A stretch of DNA of 64,000 nucleotides from the NCBI RefSeq assembly GCF_036321535.1, contig NC_087437.1:101558001-101622000 (forward strand). Direction: 5' to 3'. The translations under genes were made by a program, and so were the position numbers. Below are positions 1 to 12,599 of the stretch, one piece after another (the stretch's first letter is position 1; every line of letters begins with the position of its first letter). Under the pieces are notes generated by a model. It ran no database searches. It was given only the letters and a program-made list of their open reading frames with translations, and was not told the DNA's origin. The DNA comes from Camelus dromedarius. Its lineage: Eukaryota.

Positions 1-266
1 AGTGTACAACACAATGTCCCAGGCATGCATATACATACATATATTCCTTTTCATATTCTTTTTCATTAAAAGTTATTACAAGATATTGAATATATTTCCC
101 TTTGCTATATGTAAGAAATTTGCTTTTTATCTATTTTTATATATAGTGGTTAACACTTGCAAATCTCAAACTCCCAAATTTATCCCTACCCACTCCCTTT
201 CCCCAGTAACCATAAGATTGTTTACTATGTCTGCAAGTCTGTTTCTTTTGTAGATGAGTTCATAGT
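1..266 (-). mobile_element. Young L1 (LINE-1) 3' UTR fragment, camelid-type, runs off window start
   Basis: Reverse complement aligns by eye with the L1 3' UTR at ~41160-41445 (e.g. 'tcatattctttttcattaaaagttattacaagatattgaatat' vs 'atattcaatatcttgtagtaagctataatgaaaaagaatatgaa'). Confidence 0.9.
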
Positions 267-439
267 TTATGGTGGCTTTCTTATGGTGTGAAATGGGATT
301 TACCTCTTACTCAGGACTGGACTTCTTTTGGGCAAGGTTTGTGTTAGTTGATCACTTTTCTAATCACTGTTTCTATATAAAAATTCTCTATGCTTGTCCA
401 TTCAGCCTCTATTTCCCCACAGCATAAACTTTACTTAGG

Positions 440-1130
440 TGATTGTGCTTTCAAATTCAGAACTGGTTTGTGATTGGCCCAAGCCAATCAAAAACATTAT
501 ATTATCCCCACTGCAATGTAATTATTTCAGTTAAATAAGGAAAGTTCTATACTTTCAATAAAAGATTGTGGAAAATTAGCTCTCTCTCCTTTCAAAGTTG
601 TGATGTAACAATATGAAACCTGGACCACTGGTAGCTGTGTCAGTAGCTTGAGGGAAACCCACCTAAGAAATAAAGAGGCCAAAAGAATAAGGGGTAGCTA
701 AAAAGGATTGCATACAAATAGAATGAGAATCTAGATAAAGCCTACCTTAAAGCTCATACCTTCTCTGAGATACTCAGCCAGTCATCTATGGTAGTCTCTT
801 GTTTACATCTGTTGGTTCAGGTCTGCACATGTGATTGAGGATGGCTAAATCAGAGACTATTCCAAGACTTTCACTTTTTGTTTGGGAAAGAAGAGCTCTC
901 TTTTTATTCTTCTTAATGGTAAGTACATATGTGGGCCTGGGACTGTTGAAGAAATTTTGCTAAAATAAGGGATAAAAGAAAGAGGAACGTTGAGGAGCTC
1001 AGAAAACTACAGAGGAAAAAAGCCCTAATTTCTTATTAAATTTAACTGAAGTCTAGCCAATCCATTGACTTTTCATTTATTTAACTTAACAAATTGTCTT
1101 TATATATTTAATCAGTCTGAGATTTTTTTA
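440..1130 (+). mobile_element. Two adjacent highly degenerate MaLR LTR remnants (MLT1J/K/L-like)
   Basis: Recalled MLT1 motifs: 'gtgattggcccaagccaatca', 'cacatgtgattgaggatggctaaatcagag', 'ctgaagtctagccaatccattgacttttca'. Boundaries approximate. Confidence 0.4.
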
Positions 1131-1928
1131 AACAATCACACCCTCTTGTCTGTGAAAATGGATTCATATTGTATCATGTGTTACATGTCTCATAACATGT
1201 AAGAGGATATCTGTCTGCCCAACAACTCCAAGTGACTGTTACAATTTTATATGAAAAAAATCAGCCTTTGAATAGTTACATTACTTTCCCCAAAGCAGAC
1301 AATTAAAAATTGATAACTATTGGATACAGAATTTTAACCAAAAATCTCTCATTTCAACCTTATGTAATTCCAATGTTTTAGAAGAGCAGCAATCTTACAA
1401 AAAACACAAACCTGTACTGTCCTCATGATGACACTGAAAGGGTCACTATATTTTTGGACTCTGTCATTTTCTTCACTTATTAATTTGTCTATTTGTTGGC
1501 CAATTTCAAACAGGATTATTACTTGATAAAATGCTTTAATATCAGATAGATGTAGAGCCTCCTAACTTTTGCAATTAAAAAATTATTTTACTTGTCCAGC
1601 TGTATCAACTTTTCCTTTCAAAAATATACCTAGTTGAAATTTTAACTAAAATGTCATCAATTTAAAGATTAATTTAGTAAAAGTTGGTATCTTCTAAAGA
1701 TTGCCTAGAGCTGGAGCTGGATCAGGATTTAGAGCCTTAGCCAAGAACACTGGCAGAAAAGAGATATGGGGTAAATAGGCACGGAGACCCATGGCCAGGG
1801 CCCAAAGCACACTGTTCTTCCATTACTGCTAGAGGGATATTGACAAGCTTGACAAGAACAAGTGAACAGACAAAGAGAGAAGGCAGCGGTGGCTGCTGCA
1901 TCAATAAAGATCTTGGCTTATTATTAGT

Positions 1929-2270
1929 CTGCCAGTTGTTAAACTATTTTCTTTCAACTCTAAACCCAATGATCTATGTCCTACTTTGTGATGCTATGGA
2001 TGGGAATCTGTAAACTGCATTTCTTTTTTTGCCAGCTGGCTTCTTGTTGCATTACACTAATTGAGGACAATAGAGGGAGACTGGACATTGGGAAAAAGGA
2101 CAAGAACTTACTTTTTATTCTTTGCTTGCTGTTTATATCAGTGGCTCCCCAGTAGCACTCTTCACTGGCAGTAACAGTTGGTTTTAATCTCTAGCTTATT
2201 TTGATCTTTCCAATATCAGCCTCACTGTACCCCTTCAGAAATCTGGACAGCACCCACTGGCTACGGAAGT
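1929..2270 (+). mobile_element. LTR33-like ERVL LTR fragment
   Basis: 'ctttgtgatgctatggatgggaatctgtaaactgcatttcttttttgccagctggcttcttgtt...tagagggagactgga' resembles the recalled LTR33 5' half. Confidence 0.75.
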
Positions 2271-3846
2271 ATTAGCCCCAGATCCAGGGCTACTGTCCAT
2301 GGTGCTGAGGTCCAACAATGTGTGTGACAAATGAAGGTATAGTTTGTGGATATGGATTTTATTCCTTGACATCTTCTATTAGGTCTTAATCTTACATTCT
2401 AATTGACTAAGCATATATGTATATGTACATGTATATGTGTGTATATATGGGATATTTATTTGAATATGTGCTGTAACATTTGGACCCCCTATCATATTTG
2501 TGCTAAGGTTAAGAGTCAGTGTTTTTGTTTTGATTATGGCTCACTATACCATACTTGACATTTGTCACACAAGAATTTTGATCCATAGAAGAACTTGATG
2601 TGTTTTTAGAAACTTTCATGCTATAAAACAGATGACATGATAGAAACTTAGTAAGTGATGCCAAAGGAATGTCCCTTAGGCATTATATTCCAAAGCAAGA
2701 AAGAACACAGTTGTTAAAGATGACATAGGTTATTCAGGGACTGCAGTAAAATTCAAACTATCTGAAAAATATGCACTTACTAACCTTCTATATCAGAAAT
2801 TATAATGTAATGTACACCAGTTCCAAGTAAAATGGAATTCCATATATTTTATTAGGTGTAATCAGATATTTATTTAGCCTTTCCTTTATAATGGGAATGA
2901 ATCTAATGATTTTATGACTTGTTGTCTTTTTTTAACCTAAGGAATAATACAATTAATACAATAAAGCTTCTTGAAGAGATAAAATTCTTTTATGGAAAGA
3001 ATTACTCTGTAGCAATATATACAAATAAATTAAGCAAATGATAAAGTATCCAACTGATGAGAATTAATGCAAGAATCAAAGACATGGAATTAATATACAG
3101 AGATGCTCTCTACTTGAAATGTTTAAGAGTAGCATTTGTGTTTTCTTTATATTCCACATTACAGTCTTATATGTATAAAAGAAAACAGTGATTTTTCTAC
3201 CCAACATGGCTGTATGTATCTCTTGAAATTGTAGAAGAGATTGGCTTATCATTGGAGGTCTTATCCTGATTCATGAAAGAGGGAAAGAAAGTTAGCAAAT
3301 GATTAAAAAAGTGATAAAGAGGCTTAAGGTAAAAATAAAATTTTACATCAGAATTAAGGGAATTATTTGGCTCAGTGGAGTGAAGTACCAGTCATTTATT
3401 CCAGTGTATTGGGTAAAAAATTCAGAACTAAGTATATTTCTGATCAGGTGATGTGCTAGTTGCCCAGTGATTTTTACCCTCATTGGTTACTATCTTCAGA
3501 AGACATGTGGACATGGCAGAGATAAATATGGATTCATACACATAGGCAGCAATGAAGCTGCCAAGTTTATTGAACATAATAATTCAGCAACACAATTCTG
3601 TCAACAATTACATCCAACAAAAACACAAGCATATTTTGTTGGGGCCCTCAAGAATAGAAGAGATTCTAAGAAGGAAAAAAACATACAGAAGTTTCCAATC
3701 ACATACACATACACACACACAAAAAGAAATAAAGAAAAGAAAAGATTCTAACACCAAAAGCCTACAAGGAGAACTAGGCAGTGATTTCCTGATTAATGGT
3801 CTGTGTAATGAAAGAGATGCTTGAGCACGACCTTTCCAATCTACAC

Positions 3847-3889
3847 AACATGAGTAGTAGTCATTTATAACATGAGTAGTAGTCATTTA
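3847..3889. repeat. Tandem duplication, 22-bp period, two identical 21-nt copies
   Basis: aacatgagtagtagtcattta at 3847-3867 and 3869-3889. Confidence 0.95.
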
Positions 3890-4651
3890 GGTGCCCCACA
3901 GAGGGTTTTCAGGGCAAAATTTTTTCAGAAGAAAAAGTATCCTCTATAAGAGAGCTACACTACTGCTTCTGAATTTTATAAAAGCCAGTATCTTAGTTCA
4001 TCATAAAAATCATTTAAAATGAGTACTAAAATTGTGGTATGTTATTTGAACTTAAAAATAACATAACCCTTACTTTTATAAAGTTTCAATTCTGAAAAAA
4101 AAACAAAGAAAACATATAGTATGGAATCTTTTAATTGAGGACTTACTTGCTTTTCTTTCAGGTAGAGTACATAATTGAGTTTTAAATTTTAGAAGGTGTA
4201 GAAAGAAAGGGTGTTGACAGACAGTGAAAAGTAATCAGAAATAACTAAAACATTTTAACGTAACAAGAATTTTTAACAATAAGATTATTTTCTAACAAAA
4301 CCAGTAAGAGTACTTTGATATACACAGATAACTTTCAAAACATTTTTCATCAATTATTTGTGCTATTCCTAGTGCCATGGTTCCCAGTGCTCCCTAGCCC
4401 TGCCTCTAGGGCTCAAGGAAAAGGCCTAAGAATGACATTAAGATATTAGTATTATTAGGAGTCATTTTAATTATAAAGTTTTTGTTTTCTTGATACTTTT
4501 ATATTAGGGAAAGAATAAGCAAGCCTTTGTCATTAGCTAGTTAAAACCTCAATCATTTTATAAACAAATACAATTTCTAAGGATGCTTGGAGAACATGTG
4601 GCTTTGAATCTATACAATAAATAAGGTACCATAGACAACTTTCTGGAGGTC

Positions 4652-5067
4652 TGTTAAAAATTGATTTGTGTCCTCTCAAAATCCATATGTTTAAGTCCTA
4701 ACCCCAAGTACCTCTGAATGAGACCTTATTTGAACATAAGGTCACTGCAGAAGTAATTAATTAAGATGACATCAGTGGTATGGACCTAAATCCAACGTGA
4801 CTGGTGTCACTAGCAGAGCACATAGGGAGGACAGCATGTGAACATGAAGGCAGAGAATGAGGTTGATGTGTTTACAAATCAAGAGACACCAAAGATTGCC
4901 AGAAAACCACGAGAAGCTAGGAGGGAGACCTGGAACAGATCCTCTCCCAGTGCCGTTAGAAGGAGTATATCCCTGCCAACATCTTGATCCGTGAGACAAG
5001 ACATTTCTGTTATTTAAGCGACTCCATTTGTGATACTTTGCCACAGCAGCCCTAGGAAACCAACACA
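4652..5067 (+). mobile_element. MaLR solo LTR (MLT1B/C-like)
   Basis: Starts TGT; contains 'gtcctaaccccaagtacctctgaatgagaccttatttgaacataagg' and 'caccaaagattgccag...gaagctaggag'; ends 'cagcagccctaggaaaccaacaca'. Confidence 0.9.
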
Positions 5068-7175
5068 GGTGTATTGTTGAGGAGGTCATCTGCCTCTGCC
5101 AGGGGCAGGCAATAGAGTTTCTCTTTTGATGGCACTGATACTCACACACAACCTCCATGCCACTTAAATACGGTATCCTGTGGTACCAGAAACTAAGGCT
5201 CTTAATGTAGTAAAACTAAATCCAATATTCCATACCATTAAGTTTTAAGAACAATGTGAAAATAATTGAATATAAAAAGCAAATCTAGAGTGCAAATATA
5301 AATTGAATTAATGAGATTAATCTAATCCACTTAAGGAAAATAAACATAGATGGAATGCATAAGTGAAGCACAGTATACTAACATTTTGGGTCTAAAATTA
5401 TTAACTAAAGAGGAATTATTTGTTTTTAATTTTAAATCTGGGATGTTTAGTAACGATGAAAACAAAAATTTAGTGGAAGTATTATTTGTATTCTAAATCT
5501 AGTTACTCTTCCCCAAAACTAACTTCTTCCTGGTACAATTTTATTTAGACCCTGGCCTCCAAACAAACGCTGAAAAGTAAATTGAAGGTTTTTAAAATTA
5601 ATTTTTGAGTGAGTGTAGGCTTTTAAAAAATATTTTTATTAATGTAGTGAAAGAAAAATTGAAAAAAAAAAGGTGTAAAACACAATATAGCAAATATAGG
5701 AAAGGACTTTCTCTTTTTGAATAAAGACCTCAAGCAAAGCAGATTGCAAAATTGAAATGGTACCTTGAGAATATTACAGTTGCAAGGGGAGACATCAACT
5801 TTCATCTGTGGTAGCATACAAAACACTACGAATCACACTTGCGAATTTTAATTTATATGTATGTATGCACTGACAATTAAAGCTGTGATTTTATATCATA
5901 ATTATGAATATCATCTAAATATTCTATCATTTACTCATCAAGATTAATAAAATGAATTATTAGCCAAATTAGTGTTTTCTTGCTTTTAAAATAGGAAGAA
6001 TATTCATTGACATACACACATTGATCTAAACTATTTTGATTTCAGAAATGTTAAATGTGAAGAAATGTGTATTTTAGAATTAAGAAAATATGGCAACAAG
6101 AAAAAAGAAATGTGTTATTTCATTACAGATTACACTTTCATTATGGATTAAGAGAACTCAAGTAGTAAAAACTTGTGAAAAATCTCCAAGAATAAGTATT
6201 TGGAGAACTATTTACCTCTTCTTGGTCTCCAACACATATGATTTTATTTTACTTATTTTTTTCTCCAAATTCCCATTAGGACGCAACATATAGGAATATA
6301 AGTAAGCAAACCACAGTTGCATTAAAGGAGCAACAATGAAGTATTTGGAATTTTAACAGGAAATTGTGGAATGATTCACTCTACTTCTTTTGAGATGCTG
6401 GATCATTTTCATCATTGACGGTGGGGCACCTGCACCTGCACGTAGCTTCACCCAGGTTTCAAATTCTGAATTATTTGCTGTTGTAATCAGGGTAGATATA
6501 AAGAATCCAAAGCTACTCTCAACTGCTCAGAAATAGGCCAATAAATGGCTAATTTCATTTTGATCTTTTCAATCTATTCACACCCAAACCCATTTTTATC
6601 CATCCTTTTTGGAAGGGAAGATAAAAATATTTCCCCTAAATGTACACCTTTATATTTACATGGTCTTGCATTATCTCAGTCAACATTCTTTAACTAATAA
6701 AAAATAATTGCACTTTCCTATCATAATCCAAAATCCAATTTACTATGGATATTGAATAGTTTATAGAATTTGTCAGAGGCACAAACAGTTGGCCCTGGAG
6801 GACTGCCTGAGCATGTTTTATTTCTCACTGTGAACTCGCTGTGGACATTGAACATGAGTGAAGCTTGGTTCAGAGCTTCTGTCACTACCACTCTTGAGTC
6901 TCCACCTCATAACGCCCCAAAGACTAAATTACAAAAGACAATGGGTTCTTCAGCATTCCTTCTGTGGACCGTAGTCTGTAAGCAGTGCCACTGAATGGCA
7001 GCACTTAGACCACAGGCTTAAAACCTAGACAAAAGTTGGGGGACTGCAAAAGGGAATTCCACCTTCTACCTTGGGCACTGAGACCACAAATTAAGAACAT
7101 CTATTCAAATATGGGAATGTCATTAAAAAGAAAATAGGCTTCCACGATTATCCAGTAACCATTCCTTTATACAAG

Positions 7176-7705
7176 TGTAACCAAGTCCAAACCCATCACT
7201 CATCACACAACAGGACAATGAATTAAGAGACAAAGTGATTGAGCAAGGAAAAGTGACCTTATTCAGAACAACAAGGAACTGAGAAGATGATGGACTAATA
7301 TCCTAAAGAACCATCTTAATTCAGGGTAGAATTCAAGCATCTTTTATGCTTGGGAAGGGGGAAGCAGGAGCGGGTTTAAATCAGGCACCAGCAAGGGTAC
7401 GAAGAGGATTGTGAAAATTTTTTGTTCTTGGACAGTTGACTTGGATTGATGTGAATCTTGTCACAACATTCCTATAAATCTTGACCAAAAAAATAGCTAT
7501 TTTTATTCATACTTCCTTCTCTCCCCTTGGGCAAGTTTTGGGTAAGGGGCTATTTGCACAAATCTTAAACTGTAAGCAAAATCCCTTTAGTGATTAACAT
7601 ATCCACCTGCAGGGCTAGGCTGAGGATTATGACTCAGAGGTTAAACAGCAGAAGAGGTAGAAAAAGCATGGATCAGAGATGCCAAGCTTCTTCTTGCCTA
7701 TAACA
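7176..7705 (-). mobile_element. ERV1-class solo LTR
   Basis: TGTAAC...TATAACA termini; perfect 4-bp TSD CAAG (7172-7175, 7706-7709); its R/U5 end is homologous to the LTR at 15659-16168. Confidence 0.9.
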
Positions 7706-8935
7706 CAAGCTTAAATAGCTATGTTTTCCTTCCAGTGACAATGTTTTTGGTTGTTGATTCTGAACTATTCAGATTCCTGCTTTCTCAAATGCTATTTGTG
7801 TTTGACCTGACTTCTGATGCTGGTTTTATAGATGTGCCCGGTGTCTCAGTCTTTGAGCCTTTGTTGGGGAGTCTTGCAAAAGACCATGCAGTGGTCTGTT
7901 GACTGCCTTCCAGCTCTGTAGGATTTCCCCAAACCAGTGACTTTGAGGGGAAGACTGATGTGAAACCATGTAAGGAAAAAATATTATCCTTAGAGTACTA
8001 GGAAAATGATCCAGTTGTGTTTCATTTTAAAAGACTACAGAATGTCTAGTCTTATCCTAGAGTATGGTAACTCTAAGAGGAAAAATAGAATAAATTAGAC
8101 AGATAAAAATGAGCAGAAACTATAAAATGATCATGACAGTGTTGGCAAAACATTCTGTACCATCTAATGAATAGAAGTCTAATGAATAGTTTACAGTTTG
8201 TAATTCTATAGATAACATATTTTTATCATCTGTATTTTTGCAGGTGCAAGTTTAGCATCACTAAACACCCAATATGATCAAATGTCTCTTGGAGAACATA
8301 CTTTAGCAAGTAGAAACATTCTGGAGGTCTTTAAAGTTACTACATGTCGTTAAACTGCTAACTTCAAATGGTTTCTTAGCGGTTCCACTATAGAAACATG
8401 AGTTAAAAGAGAAAAAAAAATAGAGCCCTTTAATATTATTTCTATAATTTTATGTTATATATTTTAAGGTATTAGTCCTTGTAACTCACAGAAAATCTAT
8501 GATTTAAGTAGCTACAGAAATGATTTATGCTTTCTGTACTTGCTGACCACCTGCCTTTAACTGAATAACCTAAAAATACTTTTATTGATTAGAAAAAAAG
8601 TAATTCATCATGATCTGTTGTTCATAAATGTGATTACACAAGGGAGCATTAGTCTCAGAAATTGAAGCTTAACACTTAGATGTTTAAATTTGCACAACTT
8701 ACAACAGGCTGTTTTGAAAACCAAAGGTTCATTTTAATGCATTGCTCCCTGAGGAATGCATGGCTTTGCATAAGGATGGATTTATACAGGATCATGGAGT
8801 AACTAAAGCCGTTAAACAAGTCCTTGTTTTTCTTTACTGACTCCTGGCATTAAAGGCACTCAATATAGTTAAGAGACGGGCGCTTCAGATAACCTTGTAG
8901 CATCTCCCCGTCTTCAAATTTTAGCCAACCCTCTC

Positions 8936-9375
8936 TGTTGGCTGCACATCGCAGGCCTGGGAAACCTGTACTCCCTCAGTTTCAAGATGGAAGAAAGAGC
9001 CCAGAGTCAGCAACAGAGACACTGAAGGTTTAATGGACAGGAGAGCTTGTCTGAAGCAAGGTCTTGGAGGAACTCCCCGCCCTGTTCAGTGGATGGTGGG
9101 CAGGACACAGCGGCAATCTTTGTTCCTGGGGGCAGGGGGAGGTTAGCAGCTGTAGGGGGAATTGACATCAGGTTGGCTCATTTGTTACCAGGGAAACCAG
9201 AAGAGGGGCACACCCTCCTGCCCCTTTGATAAGAATAAGCACTAGCTGGGGCCTGGGGCAAGTATGTAGGAAAGTCAGTCATGTGAGTAGAAAGTAGATG
9301 AGGCAGGCACTGGTCCAGCCAGAGATTCTCGGAGACCAAAAACAAAACAGCCACCTTGAATGGCCTGACCATATA
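8936..9375 (-). mobile_element. Solo retroviral LTR (probably ERVL-type)
   Basis: GC-richer island beginning TGTTGG and ending 'gaatggcctgaccatata' (terminal CA decayed to TA); flanks ctctc/ctctt (5-bp TSD, 1 mismatch); minus-strand ATTAAA near 9029-9034. Confidence 0.7.
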
Positions 9376-9632
9376 CTCTTCAACAAAATTTAGTTGACCA
9401 TACACTTTACTGATTTTTAATGGATAATCATTGATTAATGTAATGTTGTCCCCATGGTATTTATTCAAGACTATAAAAAATAATTTAACCGTGAGGAACT
9501 AGATCCAGGGAGTAGTAAAAATATTACTTTACCATTAAAGCAAGCACTGATAAAATCAGCCTTCCAGCTGCATGCATGTATCTTAAAATAGACCTGGATA
9601 TACATTTACTTATAGTCACTCATAGTTCCATT

Positions 9633-9655
9633 GCGCGCACACACACACACACACA
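9633..9655. repeat. (GC)n(AC)n microsatellite
   Basis: gcgcgcacacacacacacacaca seen directly. Confidence 0.9.
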
Positions 9656-11599
9656 TAAGATAAAAACTATGTGTAAAATGAAGTAAACCAATCATAATAA
9701 TTAAGCATGGTGAAGCCAATATGTCAGAAGGAGACTATTGCTGGGTGAGCCTATAACATGCTTTATGTTTGCCCATCCTGTCAGTAAAGCAGGAAGATTT
9801 GGCAGTCCACTGATAATTAACATAACATGGGCCAATAGGTATGTTTATTACCTAATACTTTCATGCTTCATACTGACTTTCTCCTCATTTGGTGTATGCA
9901 TGCTATGTAGAAGTAAAAAGCACATTTTTTTTTCCATTGAACATACCATAAAGTCATGGTACACAGTAGCAATTTCATTAACTTGTTAGTACAAATTCTC
10001 CCAATCCAATGCTCAGATCTGAATTTTATGTCCATGACTTTTTGTACCCTAGAATACATTTTACATAAGATACCACTTTTTCAGCATATTTGACAAATTT
10101 CCTCCATGGGCAAGGCTGGAATTGTAGTTATCATAGTACAATAGAGAGATTGCTATTTCCAAGATATCTTGTACTAGGAAATATTTTACCAAAAAGAACA
10201 TTTATCTTCTCAAATAGTTTTTTAAAAAGCTATCTATATAGGTCAGTAATCAATAAGCCAAATAAATCTGTTATATTTTTAATAGCAGCAAAGAAATTGT
10301 GCTATCAAGGAAACCTCCTATAAAAGTAGGTGAGTTGCAACTATCTGCACTATTAAAGGTAAATTTTCATTATTTAACATGCTGATCTAGTAAAATATGT
10401 TATTGTATCTTTATTTATTCATTATGACACAATATACAATATTGCCAACCACTTGTAATTAACTGAAATACAGTGCACTTTCAAAAACAAATAAAAGGAT
10501 GTCTGTATCCTGTTAACGATTAGACCACTGAAACATAGTCTACTTGGTTATTCTGAAGGTAAGCTTCATTTTATTTATCTTGATCGACTGTTCTATTTGA
10601 ATGCCTTCTAGTCTATCAATCACGTCTCTGAAAGTAGTCATTCTCTTATTTCAGTTGCTTCTGGAAATCATTTTTCATAAAACCTCAAAGATACATATTT
10701 CACATGAGTATTGCTGGTTAAACTGGTCTAATGATCTTGTCAGTTAGATAAGCTGCAGCGATTTGGTCAGCATTCAGACAAGCAAACAGGAAGTTCAGGT
10801 GCAGAGGAAGGAGCCACTGGCTGTCCTACTTGACTGTTGTTTTATTTTTCTGTGTCACTAAATGACTATCGTTCTCACAGCATTTGCTATTTCATTACTC
10901 AAGTTCTGCTCTCCAGCCTTCCGCTGTTAGTACCTGGATAACAGAGAAGACCATGTTGGATGAACCAGTGCTGCTCTTTGTCTAAGTATTCTGTTGAACA
11001 GTGGCTGGGAGAGTATTTTGAAGAAGCACAGGCTGTAATAAATCATGGCCTCTACCAATGACAGTTTCAAATAAACGCGTTTATTGGGCCAGACAAGTAC
11101 ATCACTAAGAGTGTTATTTACCTCAGGTGCTGACACATAGTGCCAGATGTTGGATTTAAACCCTGACTCAGTGATTGTGGCTGAAAGCTACATTGGCATT
11201 TTAAAAAGCATCTGTTATAGACACCGATCTAAGCAAAACACAAACCACAGAACTTAATGTAAGCAATACTGAACACCAGTTTAAAGTAATTATCTGGGCA
11301 ACTTCAGAAATCACAGGGCTGAAGTTTAGAGTATTGACCCTGTTTATGTTCAATGGAGATCCTGTGGGGTCATTTTCCTAAATCTTTTCACATCAAAGTA
11401 TGTAGGGCATGTGAACAAATTCTATCGTAGCATTAAAATGTTAATATTTTATGAATTTATCATATTTTTGCATATATTAGACTTTAGAAGATTCTTTGAT
11501 AAGTACAACAGTTGGGCCCAGCAAAAGGAACCTATGAATTAGCACAGGATTCATAAGAATTGGACACCACAAGTGAGGAACATTTTCAATGTGGTAAAT

Positions 11600-12390
11600 G
11601 TATATTACTGAAAGTCGTACATGGAGTTCTAGAAATAATGCATAAAGCATGATATAAAGCCTTTATATTAGCAACTAGACATTAAATGTTAAAAATATTG
11701 CAAGTTTTATTTATAGAAAATATGTAATATGAATTAATAAGTTAATTCATTAAGCTTTACTTAAACATGATTTAAAATTTGCTAACCTTTCATTATAATT
11801 AGTATTTTGCCTTTTATTTCAATTTATCATTACAAATATTTTACAGGAAAAATGTTATTATAATTAAATTTTATCCTTTACATTTATCATACTTTGTGTT
11901 TTGATAAAGTGTATTCAAATTTATATAATTTGAATAAAATTCCACTTATTTTATAATTCTTTAATTCATTATTTTTAATAGAATAGAACATATGAAAATT
12001 TGATTAACAAAAACAACTATTGCTTTTGTCCAATTGAAAGCAAAAAAAAATTAATATATCAAATATAACATGAGTTATGCATTTATTTTTATTGTTCATT
12101 TAAATATTAATGGCCCATCAACAAAATGGTTTAATATCCAAAATAAAATTAAATAAGTTATCTTTGTTACTTTTAGAATATAAAACACACGTATTTAAAT
12201 ATGTTTTAAGTTTTTTTTAATATAAAAGAATATTTTTCAAGGTGGTAGGATAGAACATACATTATTTAACAGCTTGTCACATTAATCTGTATTTATTTAT
12301 TTATTTATTGACGTATAGTCAGTTACAATGTGTCGGTTTCTGGTGTGCTCCATGCTCTTGCCTGGGGCTCTGAAGTGTTAAGAGGATCTG
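11600..12390 (+). mobile_element. hAT-Tip100 DNA transposon remnant (Zaphod/MER115-like); strand is that of the transposase remnant
   Basis: Right end 'ctcttgcctggggctctgaagtgttaagaggatctg' and 'caaggtggtaggatagaacatacattatttaacagc' resemble the recalled Zaphod/MER115 terminus. 11975-12054 reads like a decayed hAT C-terminus (...IAFVQLKAKKN*). Left boundary uncertain. Confidence 0.65.
12289..12348 (-). mobile_element. Very short young L1 3' end with (TTTA)n tail, inserted in the hAT remnant
   Basis: 'tttatttatttatttattgacgtatagtcagttacaatgtgtcggtttctggtgtgc' is the reverse complement of the L1 terminus at 41424-41470. Confidence 0.85.
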
Positions 12391-12599
12391 ACCTTGACTA
12401 GACTATTCAACTTGTAAAAATATAGCACCTTCTATTTCATGATGAAGGGTGAACATGAATTACCTTTCTCTTCATATTTCATTCAACTCTTATGCTTCAT
12501 CCTTTAGGGGTTAAGAATAGGACTTGGAATGACTATAATTTATTACTCCATTTTAAACAATGGTGTCACAGTTTATTTTGGGGAACCACTGCTCCTCTC

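Noticed and set aside
4772..5158. 128-aa minus-strand ORF
   Set aside because: Mostly antisense read-through of the MLT1 LTR.
8163..8189. 12-bp direct repeat tctaatgaatag
   Set aside because: Ordinary short slippage duplication with nothing inserted between copies.
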